This document shows positions 25,901-37,900 of a stretch of DNA of 64,000 nucleotides, piece after piece. Position numbers and translations under genes: made by a program. This DNA is from Okamejei kenojei (Eukaryota), in contig CM069135.1 in NCBI GenBank assembly GCA_035221665.1, positions 42,656,001-42,720,000 of the forward strand. The letters are read 5' to 3'. Positions within the stretch are counted from its first letter, which is position 1. Each line of letters opens with the position of its first letter. The notes beneath the pieces were generated by a model, which saw only the letters and a list, made by a program, of their open reading frames with translations, had not been told where the DNA came from and searched no databases.

Positions 25901-28900
25901 CGTCCCGCCAGGTGAACCTGCCTGGGCTTGCGGGAAATATGGCCAGCGCGGAGAAGCAGTGCTGGTATCCCGTCAGTCCAGTCAGGGCTGTAGGTTAACC
26001 CAGTGAGACAGGCAGAGTTGAGCTGCATTTAGCGCCGGATTGAGCCTCCGAAGCTTCGCGCATGTGAGTGTGAGTGTGCGCATGCGCGCGCGGCTGCCAA
26101 AATATTGTGTCCCCCGGTCCCCTCCATGTTTTGATAGCGAGTTCCGTGCCTGATCAGAACTGTTGTGCAGCAGAAGCATAATTTGCTCCATCCCCCTTGA
26201 GATGAATTCATTCTATTAACACTTTTATTTTGCTTTTGTACCTTTCTGCTAATTTTATTCAATGTCTATTTGTGATTCCAAGGTGCATCAATTATAGAGG
26301 CACGTGGACAGCATAATAGATTTCTGTAGTCAAAAGAAGAAAACATCACAGATACTACAGTTAAATAGCAGTGAGAAAGACATTTCTGCATTTGCTTTCA
26401 AATGTCACAATGTTTTTACAAGAGTTGTTGAAGGAGTAGATGATTTAAAAAAAAATTAAAATCACCTTTCTGTTGATATGGTCTTGGCATTTATTAATAG
26501 CTATTTTAGTGGTTTTCATTTTGCTTAAACATTTCTTTGTTTAATTAACCCTATTGTTTTTCTAGAGATGTGGTCTGAAGCTATTAAAATACTGAAAGGT
26601 GAATATACTATACGTGCAATCAAAGAACACAAGATGGATCAAGCGATCATTTTTTGCAGAACAAAGATTGACTGTGATAACATGGAACAATATTTTATTC
26701 AGATGGGAGGAGGTGAGTTAGTTTTAAAGTATGTTGGTTTGTTCTGATTATTTGCCATGGGATTGAGTTTCTCACATCAAATTAATTCGCTGTTTCAGGT
26801 CCAGATAAAAAGGGACATCAGTTCTCTTGTGTTTGTTTGCATGGTGACAGAAAGCCAAATGAAAGAAAGCAAAACTTGGAACGATTCAAGGTACTTCTGA
26901 GAAATATTTCTGCGAAACCTCCACTTCGGGAACATGTTTCCTGTCTCTAGCGTGTCCAAACCCTTAATAATCTGATGTTTCAATAAGATCCTCTCTCTTT
27001 CTTCTAAACTCCAGAGTATACAAGCCCAGCAGCTCCATTCTCTCAGCATATGACAGTCCCGCCATCCCGGGAATTAACCTTGTAAACCTATGCTGCACTT
27101 CCTCAATAGGAAGAATGTCCTTCCTCAAAGTATGGGACAAAAACTGCACACAATACTCCAGGTGTTAAAGAAGGAACTGCAGATGCTGGAGAATCGAGTG
27201 TACACAAAAGGCTGGAGAAACTCAGCGGGTGCAGCAGCATCTAAGGAGCGAAGGAGATAGGCGACGTTTCAGGTCGAGACCCTTCTTCAGACTGGTCAGG
27301 GATCAGGGAAACGAGAGATATAGACGGTGATGTGGAGAGATAAAGAACAATGAATGAAAGATATGCAAAAAGTATCGATGATAAAGGGAACAAGCCATTG
27401 TAAGCTGTTTGTGGTGGGAAGAGAAGCTAGTGTTCCAGGCCCGAGGGCTGAGGGAGAGGTGGGGAGGGGGGAGACAGCTCAATGTTCAAGCCCAGAAGAT
27501 GCAGACTCCCCAAGCGGAATATGAGGTGCTGTTCCTCCAAACTCTGGCCGTGGAGGAGGACGAGAGGTCGGATGTGGAAGTGACGTCCATGGACGTCCAG
27601 TCACTCTACACCTCCATCCCCCACCCGGTCTCAAAGCCCTCCGGTTCTTCCTCGACCATACCCGTCTGACACCCTCCTCCGCCTAGCGGAGTCCTTACTC
27701 AATAACTTCTCTTTGACTCCTCCCATTTCCTCCAAACACAAGGCGTAGCTATGGGCACACGCATGGGCTCCAGCTACGCTTGCCTCGTTGTTGGGTACGT
27801 CGAACAATCCTTGTTCTCAGCGTACCAGAGCCCCATCCCCGACCTCTACCTCCGTAACATCGACGACTGCTTTGGTGTCATCCTGCACCCACACACAACT
27901 GACTGACTTCATCCATTTCACCACCAACTTCCATCCGGCACTCAATTACACTTGGACCATTTCCGACATTTCCCTACCATTCCTTGACCTCACCATCTCT
28001 ATTGCAGGTGATACACTTCTGACCGACATCCACTTGACTCCCACAGCTACCGGACTACTCTGCTTCCTGTAAGGACTCCATCCCCTATTCCCAATTCCTC
28101 CGTCTACGCCGCATCTGCTCCCCGGTTGAGGTGTTCCACACCAGGTCATCACAATGGCCTCATTCTTCAGAGAACGGGGATTCCCCTCCCCCACTATTGA
28201 TGAGGCTCGCACCAGGGTCTCCTCCATACCCCGCAACACTGCCCTCCCCATTTCCCCCACTCGCAAACAGGGCAGAGTCCCCCTGGTCCTCACCTTTCAC
28301 CCCACCAGCCAGCAAATACAACACTATAGTCCTCCGCCAGTTTCGCCACCTGTGACCCCTCCACTCGCCACATCTTCCCATTTCCCCCCGCCTGCCTTCC
28401 GCAAAGACCGCTCCCTCCGCAACTCCCTTGTCAATTTTTCCCTTCCCTCCCGCTCTACCCCTTCCCCGGGCACTTTCCCTTGCAACCGCAAGAAATGCTA
28501 CACTTGTCCCTTAACCTCCCCCCTCCACTCCTTTCTGGGACCCAAGCAGTCCTTCCAGGTCCGACAGAGGTTCACCTGCACCTCCTCCAACCTCATCTAC
28601 TGCATCCGCTGCTCCAGATGCCAGATGATCTATATCGGTGAGACCAAGCGAAGGCTTGGCGATCGTTTTGCCGAACATCTCCGCTCGGTCCGCAATAACC
28701 AAGCCGACCTCCCGGTGGCTCAGCACTTCAACTCCCCCTCCCATTCCGTATCCGACCTCTCGGGGCCTCCTCCACGGCCAGAGTGAGCAACACCGTAAGT
28801 TGGAGGAACAGCACCTCATGCTTGGGGAGTCTGCATCCTCTGGGCTTGAACATTGAATTTTCTCAATTCTGTTAACCCTTGCTGTCTCCTCTCCTTCCCA

Positions 28901-31900
28901 CCTCTCCCTCAGCCCTCGGGCCCTGGCATTCCCTCTCTCTCTATCTCCCTCCCCCACCCTAGTCGCACTAGCTTCTCATTTTCCCACCACAAACAGCTTA
29001 CAATGGCTTGTTCCCTTTATCATCGATACTTTTTTGCATATCTTTCATTCATTGTTCTTTAACTCTCCACATCACCGTCTATATCTCTCGTTTCCCTGAT
29101 CCCTGACCAGTCTGAAGAAGGGTCTCGACCTGAAACGTCGCCTATCTCCTTCGCTCCTTAGATGCTGCTGCACCCGCTAAGTTTCTCCAGCCTTTTGTGT
29201 ACCCACAATACTCCAGGTGTGGTCTCACTAGGGGTCTGTACAATTGCAGAAGGATCTCTTTGCTCCTATACTCAACTACTCTTGTTATAAAGGCCAACAT
29301 GCCATTCACTTTCCTTACTGCCTGCTGTACCTGCATGCTTACTTTCAGTGACTGTTGAACAAGGACCCCCAGATCCCATTGTACTTCCCCTTTTCCCAAC
29401 TTCGCACCATGTAGATAGTAATCTGCCTTCCTGTTTTTGCTAACAAAGTGGATAACCTCATATTTATCCTAACCTCACGTTAAACTGCATCTGCCACTCA
29501 CCCAACCTGTCCAAGTCACCCTGTATTCTCATAGCATCCTCCTCACAGTTCACACTGCCACCCAGCTTTGTGTCATCTGCAAATTTGCTAATTGTTACTT
29601 TGAATCCCTTCATCTAAATCACTGATCTATATTGTAAATAGCTGCGATCCCAGCACCGAACTTTGTGGCACCCCACTAGTCACAGCCTGCCATTCTGAAA
29701 GCGACCCATTAATCCCTACTCTTTGTTTCCTGCTTGCCAACCAATCTTCTGTCCCTGTCAGCACTCTACCCCCAATACCATGTGCCCTAATCTTGCCCAC
29801 TAATCTCCTATGTGGGACCTTATCAAATGTTTTCTGAAAGTCCAGGTACACTGACTATCCCTTGTCCATTTTCCTAGTTACATCCTCAAAGAATTCCAGA
29901 AGATTAGTCAAACATGATTTCCCCTTTGTAAATCCATGCTGACTCGGACCGATCCTGTTACTGCTATCCAAATGTGCCGCTATTTCATCTTTTATAATTG
30001 ACTTCAACATTTTCCCCACCACCGATGTCAGGCTACCTGGTATATAATTCCCTGTTTTCTCTCTCCCGCCTTTCTTAAAAAGTGGGATAACATTAGCTAC
30101 CCTCCAATCCACAGAACCTGATCCTGAATCTATTATCACCAATGCATCACGATTTCCAGAGCCACTTCCTTAAGTACCCTGGGATGCAGACCATCAGGCC
30201 CTGGGGATTTATCAGCCTTCAGTCCGATCAGTCTACCCAACACCATTTCTTGCCTAATGTGGATTTCCTTCAGTTCCTCTGTCACCCCAGATCCTCTGGC
30301 CACTACTATCTCAGGAAGATTGTTTGTGTCATTCTTATTGAAGACAGATCCAAAGTACCTGTTCAACTCATCTGCCATTTCCTTGTTCCCCATAATAAAT
30401 TCACCTTTTTCAGTCTTCAAGGGTCCAACTTTGGTCTTAACTAATTTTTTCTTCTTCACATACCTAAAGAAGCTTTTACTATCCTCCTTTATATTCTTGG
30501 CTAGCTTACTTTCGTACCTCATCTTTTCTCCCCGTATTGCCTTTTTAGTTCTCTTCTGTTGCTCTTTAAACATTACCCAATCCTTTTGCTTCCTGCTCAT
30601 CTTTGCTACATTGCTTATTTTATTTTTATTTTTATACTGTCCCTGACGTCCCTTGTCAGCCACGGTCGCCTCTTACTCCCTCTTTGGAATGAACTGATCC
30701 TGCACCTTCTGTATTATTCCCAGAAATACCTGCCATTGTTGTTTCACTGTCATCCCCGCTAGGGTATCTTTCCAGTCAACTCTGGCCAGCTCCTCTCTCA
30801 TTGCTCCATAGTCCCCTTTATTCAACTGTAACACCGACACCTCCGATTCACCCTTCTCCCTCTCTAATTGTAGATTAAATTTGACCATATTATGGTCACT
30901 ACCTCCTAATGGCTCCTTAACCTCAAGTTCCTTTATGAAATCCGGTTCATTACATAACACTAACTCCAGAATTGCCTTCTCCCTGGTAGACTCCAATACA
31001 AGCTGCTCTAAGCATCCATCACGGAGGCACTCCCTTTCTTGGGGTCTAGTCCCAACCTGATTTTCCTAGTCTACATGTTGAAATCTCCCATAACAACCGT
31101 AACATTACCTTTACTACATGCCAATTTTAACTCCTGATTCATCTTACACCCTATATCCAGGCTACTGTTTGGGGGCCTGTGGAAAAATCCCATTAGGGTC
31201 TTTTTACCCTTACAATTCCTTAGTTCTATCCACATTGACTCCACATCTCCTGTTTCAATGTCACCCCTTGCAAGGGACTGAATTTCACTCCTCACCAACA
31301 GAGCTACCCCCCCCCCCCCCCCCCCCTGCCCATCTGCCTGTCTTTTCGATGGGAGGTATACCCTTGAATATTCAGTTCCCAGCCCTGGCCCTCTTGCAGC
31401 CATGTCTCTGTAATTCTCATAAAATCATACTTGCCAATTTCTAACTGGGCGTCAACCTCATCCACTTTATTTCTTATACTTCACGCAACACTTTGACCTC
31501 GATATTCACCTCCCCTCTCTCACCGCTCGCAATTGGCCCTGACCTTACTCTCTTATCCATTCTCAAAATTTCCTTCCCATTAATTCGAGAGTCTTTTGTA
31601 ACTTTTCCTGTACTCACTTCCCCTTCAACTCCATCTTCATATTCCCAATTGTGAATCCCTCCCCCCCACTATTTAGTTTAAACCCACACGTGTAGCACTA
31701 GCAAACCTGCCTACCAGAACGTCGGACCCCCTCCAATTAAGGTGTAACCCATCCCTTTTGTACAGGCCACCGCTACCCCAGAAGAGATCCCAGTGGTCTA
31801 TAAATCTAAATCCTTGCTCCCTGCACCAGCCTGTCAGCCACTCATTCAGATCCCCTAGCTCTCTGTTCCTGTCCTCACTAGCATGAGGTACTGGAAACAA

Positions 31901-34900
31901 TCCAGAGGTACCACACTAGAAGTCCTGCATTTCGGTCTTCTTCCTAACTCTCTGAACTCACGTTGCAGAACCTCCTTCCTCTTCTTCCCGATATCGTTTG
32001 TGCCTACGTGCACAACTACTGCCGGCTGTTCACCTTCCCTCTCAAGGATTTTTTTTTTGGCTTGTAACATCTTGAACCTTTGCACCAGGGAGGCAGCAGA
32101 TCATGCTCGCGTCTCGTCTGCTGCCACAATATCTCCTGTCCGCTCCTCGGACAATGGAGTCACCCACCACTATGGCTCTGCCCGACGTCGGTCTCGCCGG
32201 TCGAGTCCCATCTCTAGGATTGGAGCCACCGACGTGTCCGCAGCTCGGACTGGAAGCGTCGTCTCCCCAGACAGTTCCCAAGAGGGCGTACATGTTTTCA
32301 TTGGGCACAGCCACCTGGGTCTCCTGCACTCCACATTTACCACCCTTTCTCTCAGTCACACACCTTTGTTCTTCCTGTATCCTCGGCGTGACAGCCACTT
32401 TAGGTCCTGTCCAGGAAACTTTTGTTTTCCCGGATATCCTCCACATTCTTCCTGTCATGGGCTGAACAGAACTGCATGCAATACTTCAGGTATGGCCTAA
32501 CCAAAGTTTTATGAAGCTGCAACACGACCTCCTGACTCATGAAGGCAAGCGTACCGTCTACCTTATTCCTCTATCTACTTGTTCTATGAAAATGTTCTAT
32601 GTTCAGTTTCTTGCTTAATTTTTTTGTGCTGATATCTTTCACCACTGTTTAAGGCCAAAACTTGCAAGTAGGTATGGTAGAATGTTCAGAATAAGGCAAT
32701 TAAAAAAAAAACATGGAACCATTTAACTGAATATTTTGATTTATTTTTTGGAAAGAAAATTGATGTGAAATTCCTGATCTGTACTGATGTGGCTGCCAGA
32801 GGAATTGATATTCGTGGTGTTCCCTTTGGTAAGTGAAATATATAACAGCTGTGTTGTTACTCTTTAATTTGGCACAATGCTAATTTACTTTTACTTTCAC
32901 ATAGTAATTAACGTGACTCTTCCTGATGAAAAGCAAAACTATGTTCATCGGATTGGAAGAGTGGGAAGAGCTGACAGGTAATTCACTTGTTTTGTAAACT
33001 GCATTTTCATTTCTTTCTTAAGGTTGAAACATTTTTTTAAGTTGCAAAGTAACATTTAATTATCTTTTTAGAATGGGTCTAGCCATTTCCTTGGTGGCAA
33101 CTGAGAAAGAAAAGGTAAAATATTGCACTAATAATATTGTTTTTGCACTAATAATATTGTTTTTGAGTGATTCTATATTATAATATAGAATAAGTGATAA
33201 ACTTTTAATATTAAATAGCTACAATTTTGATTTATCTGACAATTGTTTACAACTTGTGAAAGTTGCAGTGGCTTTTGGACATTGTCTGAGAGTTATATAA
33301 CCTAGTTCCTTGCCTTAAGATCAATCATGTGGAAAACCTTTGGAGAGTATGCTCATTTCATTATGTATTAAGATTAAAATCTCTTTAAAAATCAATGTGC
33401 TGAAAAATGCATAAAATAACAATTAACCTTTGCAAATTCTCTAACTTCTGAAAGGATGACATTGCCTGTACCCATTATTTCTTTCCTATGACTGGCTACC
33501 ATTGTCTCAGTAATTTGTCCAAACCTTTACTTGTTATTTTGTTCTTTAAATGTTTGCATGTCCTTCGTTTTCTTCCCTTTATCAATCTTCAGCTTTGCCA
33601 TTTAATACTGGCTATATCCATTTTTCACTCTCTCCATTCCACAATAAACAGTGGTCATAGAGTCATACGTTGTGGAAACAGGACCTTTGGCCCAACTTGC
33701 CCACACCGACCAACATGTCCCATCTACACTAGTCCCGCATGCCTGTGTTTGGCCCATATCCCCCTAAACCTGTCCTATTTATGTACCAGTCTAATTGCTT
33801 CTTAAATGTCATGATAGTCCCAGCCTGGACTACCTCCTCCGGCAGCTCATTCCATACACCCACCACCTTCTGCACGAAAATGTTACCCCTCGGATTCATA
33901 TAAAATCTTTTCCCTTTCACCTTAAACCTATGCCATTTGTATCTCGATTCCCCCACTCTGTGCAAGAATCTCTGCGTCCAACTAATCTATTCCTCCAATG
34001 ATTTTATACACCTCTATAAAATCACTGCTGCTCCTCCTGCGCTCGAGTCCCAGTCTGCTCAACCTCTGTCTATAGCTCAGACCCTCAAGTCCTGGCAACA
34101 TCCTTGTAAATTTTCTCTGCACCCTTTCCAACTTAACAACATCTTTCCTATAAACATTGTCCCCAATACTGAACATAATACTGTAAATGCCGCCTTAGCA
34201 ACGTCTTATATAACGGCAACATGACCTCCCAACATCTGCACATCTTGCATGTTACATCTTGTGCAATCATCTACAGCAAATAATTTGCACTGAATCGTTT
34301 TTTTTTTCGATTTTCAAAGCTTTAAGACTTTTTTTCAACCAGAAAAAGGAGCTGGCCATTCATGCCTCCCCCATGCAGCTCTGCCATTCACTGAGATCAT
34401 AGTTAATCGTTTAGCTCAGCATCACTTTCCTGCATTAATACTATTTCTCAGGATTCCATTAATATCTAGAAGCTAATGATTAGGTCGGCTACGTATATTG
34501 AGACTGACACCAGACTATATATCTAATGAAGGCAGGCATGAGCTTTGCATCTACCCTATCAAAGTTAACATAGATGCAAACCAGTTAGGTTTTTGTACTA
34601 CTCAATGACACAATATAACATATAACATATAACCATATAACAATTACAGCACGGAAACAGGCCCCCTCGGCCCTTCCAGTCCGTGCCGACCATTTGTTTT
34701 CCCCTAGTCCCATCTACCTGCACTCAGACCATACCCCTCCATTCCCTTCACGTCCATATACCTATCCATTTTACTTTTAAATGTTAAAATCGATCCTGCC
34801 TCCACCACTTCTGCTGGAAGCTCATTCCACACAGCCACCACCCTCTGAGTAAAGAAGTTCCCCCTCACGTTCCCCCTAAACTTCTGTCCCTTAATTCTCA

Positions 34901-37900
34901 TGTCATGCCCTCTTGTTTGAATCTTCCCTACCCTCAATGGGAAAAGCTTATCCACGTCAACTCTGTCTATCCCTTTCATCATTTTAAAGACCTCAATCAA
35001 GTCCCGCCTTAACCTTCTGCCCTCCAAAGAATAAAGACCTAACTTGTTCAACCTTTCTCTGTAACATAGTTGCTGGAACCCAGGCAACATTCTAGTAAAT
35101 CTTCTCTGTACTCTCTCTTCTCGACCAAAATTCCCTACCATTTACCATGTAGATTATTATAATCTCATTATTATAAAATCTACATCACCATTCAATCATG
35201 GCTGGTCTATCTCTCCCCCCTAACCCCATTCTCCTGCCTTCTCCCCATAACCTCTGTCACCTAGTCTAATCAAGAACAGAACTAATCCTCAAAATAATTT
35301 AAAATATTTTCATGCAACCAACATTTATAAACAATTGGCCATAAAATCATTTACTTTTAAACATTCATAGGTTTGGTACCATGTTTGTGGAACTCGTGGA
35401 CGAGGTTGTTATAACACCAGGCTGAAGGATCAAGGTGGATGTACCATATGGTACAATGAAATGCAGGTACAGTATTTATAAACTTTAAATTTTATAGCCA
35501 TTTACCTCAAGTTGCAGCAATTATATTGTCCAAAATATACAAACTCATTTATTTAAAAATAAATGGCATAGAACAGGAGGAATTATAGCATGATGCCCAT
35601 TTTTAAATTACATTTAAAATTGCAAAATTGTCATTGTATGATTACATGTTTCACCCTATGCTGCCTGTCATCATGCCAAGGGATAGCTGTGTTTGTTTTC
35701 ATTTACTGGGTTTATAGCTGTAAATAAGCTGCAGCTGATTAATTTTCTGTTACGTAAAGTCAAATAGTTATTTTTTCACACCCTTGGAACTAATCTTAGC
35801 CAAATTAAACACATTATAGGAACATGATTAGACTTTTGCAATTAGATTGTTTGATATCCGCTATAAGATGTGACAAATGTTTAAATAATTTGGACATGTT
35901 CACATTAAATCAGATTGTGTGGGGTTTATTTTCATTTATGTTTGACATCACATGCAAGACTACAGTGTAAGATGAATTGATAACAATGTTATCACAGCAG
36001 AACCATTCCTACCTGCATAAATTGGATACATGCACGGTAAAATAGTAAAAAGTAAGAAAAACTATCTGCTATACCTGTATGTATAGCAGAGGTGGCAACA
36101 TCCCCTGTAATCCCTTGTGCAGGTAAATAGGTAATCTATGCTATATTTCCAGGATAATTCCTGGAAAGTGGCCACATTTTAGAAGAATATACGATGCGCA
36201 ATGACATAATACAGAATTCCAGAGGCTTAATGATAGATGTTGGAAGATCAAATTGGTGCAGCTCTTGGTACCCATCCTGCGTTTGGGTGCTGTCTTTGCA
36301 TGAGATTGCTGTATAGGTTTTCATCTAGTTGTTCCGGTTTCCACCCAAAGCCTATGATTTGTCACTAGGAAATGTTTTCTCTTTTAACGTCCATCCTGTC
36401 TGACCTTGTTTCTAAACAGTTGTTGACTGAAGTTGAAGAACACTTGAATGTCATCATCTCTCAAGTTGAGCCTGACCTAAAAATCCCAGTGGATGAATTT
36501 GATGGTAAAGTAGTTTATGGACAGAAAAGAACAACGGGAGGTGAGCGTTTTGGAGAAGAACTTTATCATAATGTTGCATCTCTATTTAGAAAATAAACCC
36601 ATAATATTTGAATAAAATCATAGAATACATAGACTTGAAGGCCATTTGATATATGTGATATCTATAACTATTTTTTATAAAGACCTGTCTAACTTACATT
36701 TACCTTCACTCTATCTTTGTATTTTTATCCTTTAAATCAGGGGTCGGCAACCTTGTTCTGTATAGGGGCCAGACGCATGTCTGTGAGCGGATGGCGGGCC
36801 ACATCTATCACGTGTACACATGGATCCCGCCCCCATCCCACCCTGGATGGCAGGCATCAAATCAAGTGTTCACATAGATCCCGCCCCTTCGAGGACGCCA
36901 GCTGGAGCACTGGCCCCTTTTTACAGGCGCTCACGAACATGATGCACCTATGGCTCTGTCCTGAAGGCGGTGGCTCAAATATCACACTCACTCATCCCTG
37001 GCCCGATCCCGACAGTGAAGCTCAGAAGGTGAAGGTACGCGGCCGTGCCGGTGGCTTTGCGCAGGATGCGGTACAGCCAGAGCTCTGGCCGTGCACGTCA
37101 CTCGGCGGCTCTGCCATTGCGGCCGCCAGCGCAGACGTACTTGCGTCACCGCGCCTGGGAGCCACAGCCTCAGGCCCGGGAAGAGGAGCCTGCCTTCGCA
37201 GGGCGATGGGCAGCAGGATTGAATGCGTCTTTTTCACAGTGTTTCACCCGACCCTCAGTCCGAAAATCACCTTTCACGTACTGGAGATGACAGAAGTCTG
37301 CGGGCTGGATGATTAGGGGGGAAAAAAAACGCCTGCGGGTTGGATGATTTTGGGTTACGGGCCACATTCGGCCCGTGGGCCGTAGGTTGCCGACCCCTGC
37401 TTTAAATAATTATCCAGTCACCTTTTGAAAGTTACTTTTGAATCTTCTAATCAAAATACAAAAATCTTTTTTAAAAAATCCAAATTGCCTCTGCATTTTG
37501 TGCTAATCAGTTAAATCCATGCCATCAAGTTAGCAATGCTTCTGTACTTTGAAAGATTTTTTTTAAATTAATCAATGGTATGTGGTTGTCATTGGCAAGA
37601 TAACTTTATTGCCCAACTATAATCCCCTTTTAAATTTCCCAGTAAATCACTCAAATTTAAAGGGCAGTTGGTAAAGAACCAGATTTTAATCTCTAAATTA
37701 AACCTAATGTACCTTTTTATACTAATCTGGTACTTATACAAATACTATTACTGAGGTTTTTCCAAGACTCGTGTTTATTTATTTAACTTCCCAGCTGGAA
37801 TGGTGCAGGTTGAATTTGTGAATCAATAGCTCTGGCCCTTGGATTATTAATTCAACAATGTCATCTGTTTCTCCAACTCCTCAGTTCTTACCTAGTACAA

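Larger units (their letters stand above)
26925..32440 (-). mobile_element. Long CR1-clade LINE (SGNH-esterase ORF1 plus APE-RT ORF2), frameshifted, interrupted by a Penelope element
   Basis: ORF1: [31 protein letters not shown] (31673-32458). ORF2: [72 protein letters not shown]. Confidence 0.95.

Noticed and set aside
33121-33166. 21-bp tandem duplication after the exon 23 donor, and a 14-bp duplication at ~38274-38301 before exon 26
   Set aside because: Ordinary slippage duplications; splice signals are intact.
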